Assembly: GCF_018350175.1 (NCBI RefSeq)
Contig: NC_058368.1
Location: forward strand, 211,794,001 to 211,858,000
Reading direction: 5' to 3'
DNA: 64,000 bases
Source of the DNA: Felis catus
Taxonomy: Eukaryota
Position numbers and translations under genes: made by a program. How positions within the stretch are numbered: position 1 is the first letter of the stretch; each line of letters begins with the position of its first letter. The notes beneath the pieces are model-generated. The model saw only the letters and a list, made by a program, of their open reading frames with translations. It was not told the origin of the DNA and did no database searches. Positions 1 through 13,261 of the stretch are shown here, piece after piece.

Positions 1-115
1 ATGACCACTTCTTGCAATTCCTATCTCTGTGTTTAGCCTGTTCCTTATATCAAATTCTCTCTGCTGAAATACCTGGGATGGTTTCTGCTTTTCTGTTTGG
101 ATCCTGACTGAAACA
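1..115 (+). mobile_element. 3' end of an old ERVL-type LTR (LTR16/LTR33-like)
   Basis: ...aaattctctctgctgaaatacctgggatggtttctgcttttctg...cctgactgaaaca. Confidence 0.45.
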
Positions 116-163
116 AATGCTTGATGATATGAGCCATTAATATTGTCTAAAAAAATTCCACAT

Positions 164-167
<4 letters not shown>

Positions 168-210
<43 letters not shown>
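168..210. repeat. (CA)n microsatellite
   Basis: Directly visible. Confidence 0.98.
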
Positions 211-212
<2 letters not shown>

Positions 213-1690
213 TCCTGCTTATCATACATCTCTCTGACTAGAATTGGCTTCTCATGTAGGTTTTCTACAAAGTTTTTCTTCAGCAAGTGTATAAAACATA
301 TATGGTCCATTGAAAGTGACATTTTTCATTATACGTGAATATATTTGAATGTTGGTTTTCATACATCAGTCTCTGGCAACCTTGTTTCAGCTGTGGCCAC
401 AGATCCATTTCTGGGACATTGGTAACAGGTATCCTGCACTTGCCAAATGAGGGTCGGATCCTAAACTGCTTAATTCCAGCAGGGTGAGGACACCCTGACC
501 AGCCAACCAGTCTCCTCTCTTACTCCTCCCTTGATTTTTCCCCATAGTGGTGTCAAGCATGAACCTAGATTTCTTCTAATGGCAATGGCTAATATTGAGA
601 GACAATGTCCCCTTTTTAAACACATTATATTCCTTTTTTTTTAATTCTCCAAATAAAACTTCTCTGGAAAGGATCTAAAAAGCCTTCAATATCAAGATAT
701 AAATGACCAATACAGCTAAACTACCTCCTCTAAGAGAGTATTTTAATTTTACTTGCATTTCAATAAACCTTGAATTGGTTTAAGTCAGAGGGATCAAGCA
801 TTGATTTTAGAGTCTCGGAATTCACTGAGCTGAGTCCTGGAGAAGTTTTCAGTGAGAGGGAGTAGGAGAGAGGTGGGTCACACTCCAACTGCTCCTGAAA
901 ATCATGCACACAGATGCTTTCTTTAGCTATCCTTTAAGTTGGCACGGATATAAAGACACGTTCAATCCCACACAGTTCTCGACTGTCCTTTGCCAGACCA
1001 TAGCTGATCTCCTTTTGGCCAAGGCCACAGTGGAGCACCCTGGGGGAGGCCACATGTTACCTATACATCTCATAACAGCCTCCTTTGTAAAGCTAAACAA
1101 ATATTTGCTCCCAGCCCACAGAGCTGATTCACAGGCCTGAGTTTCCACACGTATTCGTGTGTGCGTCTACTGCTCACAGCGGTGGCTGTGCCAACATCCT
1201 GGCTGGACCCCAGGGGCCAGCTGAGCCAGCAAGATGCAGCAGGCAGTCCCAGTGCCTCTTAGCAGCTGGATGCCCCCAGGCATCCTCTGAGCTTCCAGAC
1301 AACCCTGTGCAGAATGGCGCCTCCGGCTTTTACCTGGGGCATGTTCTAGATGTTCTAATACTCAACTCATAGGCAAGAAATGATGGCCCAACTCTAATTC
1401 ACATCTTGAGAAACTGGATACAAGGGATATCACCAGAGCATGTATGGAATGATAACCTTAAGTAAGATGTAATAATAAGGCAAAGTTTAAAATGAATCTA
1501 ATGGGAAATGACTGGAGAAAAGTAAAAAGGATCCATGCTAATGGGCCGCGGACTCTAGCCTGGGCCAGCCTTGCTACTCTGCATCCTCGAATGTGAACAA
1601 TTGGCTAAATCTTTTTAGATGGCCATCTCCTCATCTGCAAAATGATGGGGGCTGGCCGAGGGTTTTTTGGAAGCTTCCCCACATGTTCTC

Positions 1691-2166
1691 TGTATGCATT
1701 TGCTGTGGCTGCCATAACAAAGTGCCACAAATCAAGTGGCTTGAACGAAGGAATTCATTGTCTCCTAGTTTGGAGGTTGGAAGGCTGAGGTCAAGTTGTC
1801 AGCCTGAATTGGTTCCTTCTGTGCTGTGGGGCGGGGGTGGGGGGGGTGGGTGTTGGCAATCTGCTTTATGTCCTTCTCCCAGCTTCTGGTGGTTTGCTGG
1901 CGATTTTTGGTTTTCCCTGACTTGTAAATGCATCACCCCCATCCCTACCTTCATCTTCACGCGACACTCTTCCTGTGTGCGTGTCTATCTCTGTGTCCAA
2001 ATTTTTCCTCTATAAGAAGACAGTCAGATCTGGTTAGGGCCCAACCCAGTGACCTCATCTTAACTTGATCATAGACAAAGACTCTGTTTCCAAATAAAGT
2101 CATCTCAGGAGTATGGAGGTTAGGACTCCAACATCTCTTTGGGTGATATATAATTCCACTCATAGC
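1691..2166 (-). mobile_element. MLT1 (MaLR) LTR
   Basis: tgtatgcatttgctgtggctgccataacaaagtgccaca...ttaggactccaacatctcttt, typical of reverse-strand MLT1. Confidence 0.75.
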
Positions 2167-2505
2167 CCTCTGACCTGATTCTTGTGTGTGAGCCTTCTGG
2201 CTGTGATGAACCTGGCCTTCTCTCTGCAGCCAGCCTGTCACTGGTCTTCTGCTTTGCTGTAGGAAAGCCGGAGGATAGATGGATACATCTCCTAATGACC
2301 TCTTTCCAATTGTGTAACGTCAGGCAAGTCACTTTACCTCTCTGAGCACCCCCCCACCCCCGTTTCCTCATCTAAAAGATGGTAATAATAGGTTTGCTAA
2401 GAAAAGTCAGTGACCTAAAGCAAACAAGTATTTGGCTGGCACGCGGTAAATGCTCAACAAATTATAGATGTTATTTATTCCTGTTGAGTCAAGGAGAGGA
2501 TGGGT

Positions 2506-2680
2506 CAGTGATTCCCTAACCCTGGCTGCATAGTAGAATCATCTCGGGGAACTTTTTCAAAACTGTTGGTGCCCTGGCCCCACTACAGAGTCTGACTCCA
2601 TTGGTCTGGGATAGGATCCAGGCACTGATATCTTTAGAAGCTTCCTGGCTTAACAGGCAGCTGGGAGTGAGAACCACTAG
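2506..2680. mobile_element. MER5-type hAT-Charlie MITE
   Basis: cagtgattccctaaccctggctgcatagtagaatcatctcgggg...gagaaccactag. Confidence 0.65.
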
Positions 2681-4425
2681 AATAGTTGAAAGCATTGAAA
2701 ACACCAACGGAAAGCCTCAATGCAGTTGAAAGTCAGAAGACGTTGGCTTGTAGCGACTTCGCTAGGTGGTCCAGGTGGTGGGAGCTGCCAAGGCCTCTCC
2801 GATGAGGGAGCATCCCCACTGAGACACTCCCCTGGGCCTTTTCCTCACAGTAACATTCCATCCGCCTGCTTGACCACAAGACCCAGGTGTTAACTTCCCC
2901 GGTCTGCAGCTCCGGGTCTGGTAAAGACATCCTCCGTCAGAGTTAATGCCAGATAACAGGGTTGATGTGCTATCCTCCCTAGGGAGACTTACCTAGGCGT
3001 GCTCATCACAGATCTCAAAGAATTCTCCAGTGAGGAGATTTCGGACCGGTAGACCTACGGGATGGGGATGGCAAAGCCTCTCATACTCCACTAGGTGGGA
3101 ACTGCTCGCTTTGAATAAGCATGACTCACAAGGCCCCCACACTCGTGAACTGGAGAGCTTCTATTCTACAGAAAAATTCTCTCACTTCCCACACTGTGCC
3201 CAGGACCAGATTCCTCCTAAGTATAGATGTGGGCTCTAGGGACAGCTGTCCCAAAGAAGTGATACAACCAGCCTCAGTGGCTTTTGTTTTTCAGGTCCCT
3301 TTGCTGAGTAAGGAAGGCAGCTGTGGGTGGCTCTCCTGCCTCTCTTCTCTCTCCAGCTGCTCGATGTCACTTCATCATCAGGCCTGGCTTGTCCAAGGCT
3401 TGGCTTTCTTACAGTGCCACACTTGTCCCCTTAGCATCGGACACTTGCCTCTCATGGTCCCTTTAAGTCCCAGGGTCTCTGCAATTCTCGTGAGGGAGGG
3501 GGAGTGACTTTTTGTTATGTGAGGGAATCAGTAATACTAAATGAAATGATATGTAAATAGAAGCAATTTTAATGACAAAGCTACATAAATTCCCTTAATT
3601 TATGATCATAAAAGTCAGGACTATTCATTTGCTCTTTGGCCAAATTAATAAAAGTGTAGCAAATAAAATGATAATTTCTCCATTCCGATCTATTTGAGGT
3701 AGTGTTTGCTTTGGCACTTTCCATTTCTTCGCTTTTAATCAAGAATATGTCAGAAAGATGAGTAGCCTGAGCCAAACAGTCTTCTTTTAATACAAAACAG
3801 GATGTTGTATCTTCATCTGGCAATAACTGACTTTAATTTAACCTCGGCTTTTGGAAACACAAGGGAAAAGGAAATATAACCTGGGACTGGGAAATGCTTT
3901 TGCTAAATCCAGACGCTCTGAACCTGAAGCCAGCTCAGTGTTCTGGAGTCACCCAACTGCCTTCTGCTGCTGGTGTCTGAAAGGAGAAATGAGTTCCTTT
4001 AAGTGGAGCACAGTGGGGAAGCAGTCACTGTACAAGGAGAGTGCCAGAGCCCTCTTGATTGCCCTGAACCAGCCCCACGCCCCCTGCCATTTCTGACAGA
4101 ATTGATCCAGTTAAGCCCGCATTTCCTGGCAAGCCTGAGGACAGGTTTTTCCAAAAGGCATCTCTGACCGCGAAGACGCACGTCTAATCACAAAAGCAAA
4201 GCTCTGGACACATGTTCTCTGTTTCCAGCTGGTCGTGTGTGTTTTCTTCACACGTTAACAAAAATGTGCCAAGGTGTGGCATTTATGAACCCCACCAACC
4301 GGGAGCTGTGCACACAAATCCGCCGGCCTGTGGGGTGGGAAAGGATGAATGGGGGCTGTCCTGCCCGGGGAGGAGGGCTGCTTCCCCTCTGGCATGCCTG
4401 CAGCCTTATTTATTACACACCGAAG

Positions 4426-4432
4426 TATAAAA
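4426..4432 (+). promoter_or_regulatory. C1QTNF3: TATA box of C1QTNF3
   Basis: TATAAAA about 100 bp upstream of the ATG at 4530, in a GC-rich context. Confidence 0.7.
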
Positions 4433-4529
4433 GCGCCCAGCCGCCTGCAGCTCTCATCTCCAGCCCTGGCATCTGCCCGAGGAGCCTCGCCCGTCTTCTC
4501 CGGGAGGCTCTGGGGCTCTGTTGACAATC

Positions 4530-4613
4530 ATGCGCGGGAGGCAGCTCGTCTGTTGGCACCTGCTGGCTTTGCTTTTCCTCCCGTTTTGCCTCTGTCAAGA
4601 TGAATACATGGAG
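4530..4613 (+). CDS. C1QTNF3: C1q/TNF-related protein 3 (CTRP3), coding exon 1, short isoform (signal peptide)
   Basis: MRGRQLVCWHLLALLFLPFCLCQDEYME matches the CTRP3 N-terminus; donor GAG|gtgagc at 4614; 84 nt, phase 0. Confidence 0.95.
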
Positions 4614-4832
4614 GTGAGCGGAAGAGCTAAGAAAGTGGTGGCGAGAATAGTGCAAAGCCACCAGCAGACTGGCCGTAGCGGCTCCCGGAGGGAGAAAGTG
4701 AGAGAGCGGAGCCATCCTAATACTGGGACTGTGGATAATAACACTTCTGCAGACCTAAAATCCCTGAGACCGGATGAGCTACCGCACCCTGAGGTAGATG
4801 ACCTAGCCCAGATCACCCCATTCTGGGGCCAG
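4614..4832 (+). CDS. C1QTNF3: C1QTNF3 exon 1 extension (73 aa) of the long isoform CTRP3B
   Basis: Open frame VSGRAKKVVAR...ITPFWGQ, exactly 219 nt, ending at a second donor CAG|gtactc at 4833; gives 319 aa. Confidence 0.85.
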
Positions 4833-5825
4833 GTACTCGGAATTCTCTTCTAAGGGGTTACTGTGAAAGCTTAATGAGTTTGGCTGTTGTTCTTGTTTCA
4901 GCTAGGATTCTTAGGATCAGTGCTTTCTAGAAGTTTGCTAGACTGCTTGTGGGTGTCTTTCTGGGTTGCTCTGGGGGACCAGGGGGACTGTGGTCTCCGT
5001 TAGAAAATCAGCAGAGGATGTGCGGAGACAGAGTGTCCCCCAGGAGAAAGGAGAACGGAGCGGCGGGCTCCCTGCTGTGCTGTGACTTAGTTTCTTTCCT
5101 GCTCTCTTAGTGTGCAAAGTAGTGCTGACCTATGCAGATAGACGGATCTTTTGCAGATCCTAAGAGAGTTGGATTTTCTTAATCCTTCCCAGCAGGGAGA
5201 GGCTGCCCTTTGAGTTTTCCACTTTGATGTGTTAGTTGACTGTGACATTTCATGCCAGGCCTGTTTATTTGATTTATGGCAGTCTGGGTTGCTAAGCCTC
5301 TCTGTTCAGCCTGTGAACCAAAGAGTTCGAACAAAAAAGACTACATGTGTCCAAAAAAGCCAAACTTCATTGTGTGATTTAATGCCTGATAATCACAAAG
5401 AACTTGATTTATTTCCCTGGGTGTAAACTCGGCATCCAAGGAAACATCTTTAACTCTTTTGGGGGTAGTACAGGAGTGAGGTAAGGTTTCAGTGTAGTGA
5501 ATTGTCAATTGGTGAAATCCCATTTAATTAAAACATTAAGAACTGGACAAAATGGATATTGGCTTACCTTCTCCACATCTAGTATGTTGAAATCAGATGA
5601 GGGGGACAATAAGAGTTACTTCAAATGATAGGAACTTTGAACAAAGAGATTTTACAACAACAATTGACTGTGTCTTTGCATTAAATAGTCCCTGAAAAGG
5701 TTCATGCAGTTGAAATCTAAACCCGTCCTATCACAGACTGAAAAGTCTGGGTTGAGGCTGGAGATATGATCAGCCTGAAATTCCACACATGATCAGCTAT
5801 AGATCTGGGGCTAACTTGGGACTTC

Positions 5826-6071
5826 TTCTTCTTTTTTTTTTTTTTTTTTTTAAATCAGGGTTGAACTTTTTTTTTTAACTTTTATTTATTATTTTTGACA
5901 GAGAGAGTGTGTGAGCAGGGGAGGGGCAGAGAGAGAGGGAGACACAGAATCCGAAGCAGGCTCCAGGCTCCAAACTGTCTACACAGAGCCCAATATGGGG
6001 CTCGAACTCACAAACTGTGAGATCAAGACCCGAGCCCAAGTCGGACGCTCAACTGAGCCACCCAGGTGCCC
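5826..6071 (-). mobile_element. CanSINE (felid type)
   Basis: SINE body, T-tail, TSD ctaacttgggacttct. Confidence 0.9.
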
Positions 6072-6239
6072 CTAACTTGGGACTTCTAACTCAACAGCAC
6101 AATGCAGAATCCCAGACTGTTCCATGAGGCTGTGTCAAGAAAAAATTGTTTCTGTAAGGAGTCACAAAAGAAAGAACTTCCAAATACAATCTTATTTTCA
6201 AAGGCCACTTTTAGAGATTGTCCTTTCATTTGACGATCC

Positions 6240-6342
6240 TTTTTCTTTTTTTACGTAACCTACATCCAATGTGGGGCTCGAACTCACAACCCCAAGATCA
6301 AGAGTCACACACTCTACTTATTGAGCCACTCAGGCCCTGCCC
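6240..6342 (-). mobile_element. Short CanSINE
   Basis: gtggggctcgaactcacaaccccaagatcaagagtc...tgagccactcagg. Confidence 0.75.
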
Positions 6343-6739
6343 CATCTGACAATCTTTTGGCCAGGGGGTGACTAATGCTACTTTGTATTTCCTTTGTGGT
6401 GAAGATATTTTCATTTTTGTCCAAGCCTTGACCTGGCCTTTCCATTTCAGTGGATGGGATCTTTGCTGGGCCCTTCCTGGCCTTCGCTGTGTGAGCCCCC
6501 AGACGCAGCAGAAGGCAGATGTAGGCTATCGTTTGTTGTTATTTCTTGGCAACCAACACCCAGAAGACCACTGGAATCCAAATTACATTTCTACTTTGCC
6601 CTACCTTCTGGCGGGAGGCAGCCAGCAGGCTGGAGTCAGATGCAAGAGGATAAAAAGTCACTTTCTGGTTTTTTTTTTTTTGAAGTCAGAGGGGCTTTTG
6701 AACCCTCCTGGGCTCCAGATGTATTTTCAAAACCAACCA

Positions 6740-6778
<39 letters not shown>
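6740..6778. repeat. (CAGA)n microsatellite
   Basis: Directly visible. Confidence 0.95.
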
Positions 6779-6779
<1 letters not shown>

Positions 6780-8146
6780 TCTAATAGGAGACACTGAGGA
6801 GATTTAGAATCACTGATATTCTGGAGATCTTCAATAATGACGTGCCTGCCAATGGGTATGGAGACTCATACTGCATTTCAGGTTTTACTGTGTTCCCCTT
6901 CTTCCCTATGTCCCCCACCTCTTTTCTTTTTTCTTTTTCTTCATTCATTCTCCCACCAATGATTTCCTGGGCCCCTACTATGCGCCAAGCTTTACGATAG
7001 GAATAAATATGTCCAAGCCTATGTCCAGACAGTTCTGCAGGGCTCTCTGAGGGATAAATGAACAGATAATTGAACACCATATGATAAACAAAATCTCTGC
7101 AAATAAGGCATTTGGGGAGAAAGTGTCAGAGTGGTGGTGGCCGCTGAGTTGGATCTCAAAGGTGAGACAAAAAGGATGGTTATCCATACAAGAAATACAA
7201 TTTAAAAGTATGTGAGACAGCAAAGCCTGGGAGGAATGAGTGTGGCTGGAGCTCCTGAGCTGTGGGCGGAAAGCGGGATGATCTTAGTGCCAGCCCGGAA
7301 GATTCTGTTAGCCGGTTAAGGAGCTCAGACCTTAGTCTGCCATCGAAAGTTGTGTTTGTTCACAGCAGGGCAGTGAGGTGATCTGGTGTGTGTTCTAGAA
7401 AGAGGACTCTGGCCATGGGCTCTGTGGTGGGTAGAGTGTGCAGAGATCAGGGGAGAGTAGACTTGGTCTTTCTTTTCCTGGCAGTTTCTTCTCTGCAGTT
7501 CTTAGTCAGTCACCTTTATCAATCTCCCCTCCCTCTCATGGATGCTTTCTCCCCTTCTTTCCACCTCCCTCCTCCTTTCTCTTCCCTCTTTCTTCCAGTA
7601 AAGAAGGAGCTGTGGGCTTTCTTTCTGAGAAGTCACTCACTAAGAGCAGAGCTCAAATCTGAGTAGCTGCCCCATCACCGTCTTCTATAAAACGTACAGA
7701 ACTTGTCTTAGAGACACCTACCTCCTCCCATGGTGCTCAGTTTTGTGTCTTTGGCTTTCCAGTTGGACCTGACTAGGAGAGATGGTAAGAGAGAGATAAG
7801 TAGTGACTCCCCAGTATGTAATTCTCCCTTACCTAGGTGATAACCTCTGAGTGAACACATCCCATCCAGCTTGGTCGAAGAGTCCCTCAAAGGCTCACAA
7901 GCACTATTCCACTGGATTGAATTTTGAAAGACCAGGCCAGAGGAACATGTTGTGAAGGACTCTCAGGAGATGCCCAGCTAGTAGAAACCAGAAGACCCTG
8001 TTGGGGTGGCAGCTCTCTGCTCTCAAGGCACTCCCAAGTAGCTTGGGCACACACCCCAGTCCTAGTGAGCTCTGATACTGAGCAGTCCTAACTCCTGGAG
8101 CTAACTTCTCACACCCAGACACTCAACTTTAAGAATAAAATCTTTC

Positions 8147-8386
8147 TGGAGCACCTGGGTGGCTCAGTCGGTTTAGCATCCGACTTCAGTTCAGGTCATG
8201 ATTTCACAGTTCATGGGTTCAAGCCCCGTGTTGGACTCTGTGCCAAAAACAGCTCAGAGCCTGGAGCCTGCTTCGGATTCTGTGTCTCTCTCTCTCTCTC
8301 TGCCCCTTCCCTTTCCCACTCACTCTCTCTCTCTCTCTCTCTCTCTCTCAAAAATAAATAAACATTTACAAAAATTAATTAAAAAA
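8147..8386 (+). mobile_element. CanSINE
   Basis: Body, (CT)n, A-tail, TSD aagaataaaatctttct. Confidence 0.9.
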
Positions 8387-9544
8387 AAGAATAAAATCTT
8401 TCTAAGCCATTATTGGAGGGTTTGGAAAAGACCTTAGTATCTTTGCTTGCTCTTAGAGCTGGAAAGAAACTTCATGACCATGTTACCCAGTGCCCTAATT
8501 TAGTAGACAAGAAAAACGATGCCTGGCGGGAGGGGGGTGGGAGGGCGGGCAGTGACATCACTAAAGCCACACAGAACTGAGATGGGAGTTCTGGTTCCAG
8601 TACAGCCATCTTCCTAACATTCCTAACATCTCAGTGACTCAATTCTGTTCTTTAATGGGTCCATGTCAGGATTTTCCCTCCTTTCCCCTCCCTTCTTCTT
8701 CCCCAAAGCCCATTATTGGCAGAGCCTTGGATTTCTTGGAACTTAAAAAGCTGTATTTCACATGAGCAAAATCATACCAGGAAATTATGGAATACTTACT
8801 TCTCACATTGCATCCTTGGATTGGAAGGTGGGGCGGTGCTGTGGTGTCTGGATTTCCAAGCGTCTGAACTTGCCCGTCTCAGACCACCTCCTTTAGCTGA
8901 TTTTTGTTTCCTTCACCAGTTTTACAAAAGGTTTTTACAGACTCCCAAATCTGGCCAGTGTGGAGTCTGGGGGACAGAAGACGAGACAGGGGTTAGCTTC
9001 AAATTGTGGTCCCTGATCACTTGAGACTGGAGCTCTGAGCTGATGCAAGAGAATGCTTGGGCTGGCTGTTTTGCATTTTCCCTGAATGACTTGGTGGAAG
9101 GCTTTAGGAAAAAGGAATGAGGGAGTGAGGAAAGAGTCCAAGACCATTTTTGATTTTAAAAAAAAAGAAAAAGAAAGAAAAGAAAAAAAGCAAAGTCAAA
9201 TGTGCAGCAATGCAAAGCCTTGACTCACTTTTCTGCTTGGATTTCTAGTGATAGAGAAAACGTGAATTTTAAAACCTTCCTTTCCCCCACCCCCCTCTTT
9301 TTCTCCCTCTCTTCCTTTTCTAATGAATCCTTTAGAAACAATGTGCTGTTTTCAAAAGACCATTGACTCATTTCAAAAGACCTAGACTCATGTCTAGGAA
9401 AGTTTCCACGACTATTCTGCATGATATAATTAAAAAACAAATTACCAATTTAATGACACACTAAGTCTTATAAGCAAATCTAACTCTCCCGCTAGAGCTA
9501 TAGCTCCTTTACCTTAAGCATAGAGTTTAGAGATTTTTCTTTAA

Positions 9545-9764
9545 ATTTTTTTTTTTTTTTACATTTATTTATTTTTGAGAGACAGAGAGAGAGAGAGCGT
9601 GAGCAGGGGAGGGGCAGAGAGAGAGGGAGACACAGAATCAGCAGCAGGCTCCAGGCTCCCAGCTGTCAGCACAGAGCCCGACGCGGGGCTCGAGCCCACA
9701 AACTGGGAGATCATGACCTGAGCCGAAGTCGGACGCTTAACCGACTGAGCCACCCAGGCGCCCC
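9545..9764 (-). mobile_element. CanSINE
   Basis: Body with TSD tagagatttttctttaaat. Confidence 0.9.
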
Positions 9765-9928
9765 TAGAGATTTTTCTTTAAATAAATAAGCAAGTCCACT
9801 CACTGTCATATTTGAATACATTGGGTGCCCATTAAGTACTCATTGAATATTGGCTTGAACGATGTGAAAATCATTTAAAATTTTGAAGTGAAATATGAAA
9901 CAGAACATGAAGTTAAATACTTATTATC

Positions 9929-10107
9929 TTTTTTTTTTTTTTTTTTTGAGAGAGAGAGAGAGCACTAGCAGGGGAGGGTAGAGAAAAGGGAACAGAGGAT
10001 CCAAATGCTGATAGCAGCAAGCTGATGCTGGGCTTGAACTCAGCAAACATGAGATCAGACCTGAACCTAAGTCAGATGCTTAACCAACTGAGCCACCCAG
10101 GTGCCCC
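9929..10107 (-). mobile_element. CanSINE
   Basis: Body and T-tail. Confidence 0.85.
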
Positions 10108-10733
10108 TTAGTTGAACACCTATTCAGAGGGAGTTAAAGTTGTTTCAAGATGTAGATAATACAAATTTACAGGACTAATGAACGTTTTGTTTCCTTAATT
10201 TCCTAGGGCAATTTAAGTGTGCGGTGGCTGAAAAGGTAGCATTACAATTCAAAATTTCTAAGAACCCTTACCCCAGTATCATGAATATAGAAAGTCTTAA
10301 TAACCATCTTTGAAGTTGGTAATATAATTCTTATCATTTGAGAGTCATCTACTCAAACAAGCTACATGTGAGGGTGCTGGCAGCGGGGAAAGAGAGGGGT
10401 GCCTTCACATCCACTCTGAAGGGGTCTCCTCTTTTGCTGTCACTGGTAGCCTCAGGACAGTCTTCCCAGAAATCCTGCCCCACTCCCTGCCAACACCACA
10501 CTCCTTCCAGAAAGCATGCCTTTCTTTTGACCCGCTGGCTTCCTTGTCCTTTGAGTCATCAGCTCCCTTCAGCTACCCTGCCATTCCAGTTCCCATGCCA
10601 CACCATCTTTTCTGATGTTGTTGTAGGGTGTTTGGAGTTTAACTTACCCAAGGGCTGAGACCAGAGGAAATTCACAAATCCTAATTACTCCCAAGTGCCA
10701 TTCTCTGAAACTTTTCTCTGTATCTTTTTAAAG

Positions 10734-10845
10734 TCTCCACAAACCGGAGGACTGCCCCCGGACTGCAGCAAATGTTGCCACGGAGAGTACAGTTTCCGAG
10801 GCTACCAAGGCCCCCCTGGACCGCCCGGCCCCCCTGGCATTCCAG
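10734..10845 (+). CDS. C1QTNF3: C1QTNF3 coding exon 2 (Cys-rich stalk, start of collagen repeats)
   Basis: tttttaaag|TCT; SPQTGGLPPDCSKCCHGEYSFRGYQGPPGPPGPPGIPG; CAG|gtaagg; 112 nt. Confidence 0.97.
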
Positions 10846-12072
10846 GTAAGGATGAGAAAGACAGGGCACTGTTGCCAGTCTAATTGTGCACTGTGCCAAA
10901 ATAGGAGTCAAGGTGAATCTAAATAATTTGGGTTCACTTGCGTGTGGTCCGAACAGCGTGCGTGGAAATCCAAAAGAGAGTTTGGGAGAGCCCTGGATTT
11001 ATTAAGCCAATTAGGTGGAACAATATACTATCAAATCCATAGAATTTATTTTTCATCCCGCTTGCAGAATCCCAAAGGTGTGAAGAGCTCTGGGGCACCA
11101 GATTCATCGGGAGCGGGGGTTCCTCACCAGCATGGAGTACAGAACTATGCGATCTTATTTGGACATACTCTTGTTTCAGTGTTTCTGCCACAACGTGCTT
11201 CATGCAACCATGTGCTAACTTTCAGGGAACTTCCGAAGTGAAGGTGCGGAGGGGATGCGCGCCTGTCGGTCTGGTTAGAGCCATCTCCACAGTACCATTC
11301 GCTGAGCCACGCATCCTTCTATCTGATTCTATGTCCAGCTAAGTTTTTCTTCCCTGAGCCTCAGAGTCTGTCCATGTTCAGTTCTTGGTTGACTTTCATG
11401 CCTCTCTTGGGCTCATGGGAACATTTTGGGCTCCGGTACCACATAGTGGCATGGGAAATGCTGTTGGGCTCCATTCAGCCATCCTACTTTACTGAGTGTG
11501 CCCCAGGCACAGAGCTTCTGAGAACTGGCTAGTATCTGGGGTCAGCCAAGGAAAGGGTAGCCTAGATTCTTTAGGCTCCCAGATCCATCTGAGGATTATT
11601 TTCCTCTTCCCCTACCCCTTCCTGGGCTAGGACTTTTTCTCAGTGTTTGACAGAAGTCCGCTTGCTCTCCTCTAACTTACCCTCATTGATATTAACATTT
11701 ATCAACTGAGGTTTAATTTTTTTATGTACTTTTGAGTGGCTTCTCTTATGAAACCAAATCTAAAATGAGAAAACATTCTGTTAGACTTTAAACTATGATT
11801 ACTGTCTTGGAATCTATGTCATGGGATGTCAATGGTAGCAGCCAGCAGATGCAGTAATTGTGGATAGAGAATATTCAGACTCCTCTAAAGTATTCTGAGG
11901 GCTAAACTCTTCCGAGGTTACAGAACAGGCTGGCCTTGGCCAAATATTTCCCAATCAGAATGGCTTTGTTAGTCCACTGACTTGTAAATACGGCCAAAGT
12001 TTGTTTATCTGGAAGGATTGCAAGCCTGGCATAATAACTGACCAAAGGTAGCATGGAAAATAATCAGCAAAA

Positions 12073-12313
12073 AAACTTAACAGGAACCCATGGGGGAGGG
12101 GAAGGAAAAAAAAAAAAGGTTAGAGTGGGAGAGAGCCAAAGCATAAGAAACTGTTAAAAACTGAGAACAAACTGAGGGTTGATGGGGGGTGGGAGGGAGG
12201 AGAGGGTGGGTGATGGGTATTGAGGAGGGCACCTTTTGGGATGAGCACTAGGTGTTGTATGGAAACCAATTTGTCAATAAATTTCATATATAAAAAAATA
12301 AAAAAAGAAAAAA
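12073..12313 (+). mobile_element. LINE-1 3' UTR-only insertion
   Basis: Near-identical to the 3' end of the 41.7-43.8 kb L1; A-tail; 17-bp TSD gaaaataatcagcaaaa (12056-12072, 12314-12330). Confidence 0.9.
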
Positions 12314-13106
12314 GAAAATAATCAGCAAAAGTGTGTAAAATTTAACAAGTATAAAATAAAGGAAGACTAGTAGGAATTGTCTCTTAGTGGCAAAGAGTTG
12401 AAATCATTATCCAAGTCTTGCTTTCAAAATTATTGTTAAAAATTTTAGCAATGATTTTACATTCCCTCAGTTGTAAAAGTGGTATGTGTCCTTTGTAGAA
12501 AAATGCAAAGAGACAAAAAAAGATACATGGCATGATACAAAAGCCAGTCATGTTCCATCCATTCAGGGAAAAAAAACGTGAAATATTTTTATGTAATAGA
12601 TAAATATTATTTATACCTAACATCATTCTATCTCTATTGATTCATAACCTTTTAATCTTAAAGTGTCTGAATATTATTAAATATTATTAAATATTTTTCT
12701 TTAGCATTCTTTTTCTGTGACTATATAGCCTTATTTATTGGATGTATTTTTTTTTTTTTATTTAGCTCTTCCAGTATTGGTGGACACTTAAGTGGTTTCT
12801 GATCTTTGCTATTATAAATGATACTTTGATAATCAGTCTTCATAAATTCTTCATCCAATTCCTGCTTTATGAGAAAAACAGGCTCTGGAGACTTGATACC
12901 TAAGAAGGCTGTCTTCAGTGTCCCATGTGGAAGAAATCCGATTTGATGATGACCCCTTGGCTGTGTTCAGGATTGCTTTCAAATGGTCTTCTTTTACAAC
13001 TGAGATTGAACCTTTATGAAGAAAGGGTCTGCATTTGTATAAAAATAGAAGGTGGGTGTGAGTGATGGAGGCTTTCTCTTGTGATGATGTCTGCTTGTAA
13101 TTTCAG

Positions 13107-13261
13107 GAAACCATGGGAACAATGGCAATAATGGAGCCACTGGCCATGAAGGGGCCAAAGGTGAGAAAGGAGACAAAGGTGACCTGGGTCCACGAGGGGA
13201 ACGGGGGCAGCATGGCCCCAAAGGAGAGAAGGGCTACCCAGGGATTCCCCCGGAACTGCAG
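13107..13261 (+). CDS. C1QTNF3: C1QTNF3 coding exon 3 (collagen Gly-X-Y domain)
   Basis: tttcag|GA; NHGNNGNNGATGHEGAKGEKGDKGDLGPRGERGQHGPKGEKGYPGIPPELQ; CAG|gtaaat; 155 nt. Confidence 0.97.

Noticed and set aside
2690..4200. Non-repetitive-looking upstream segment with short ORFs as an unannotated gene
   Set aside because: No recognisable protein similarity or consistent exon structure; may be regulatory or decayed repeat, which cannot be resolved without alignments
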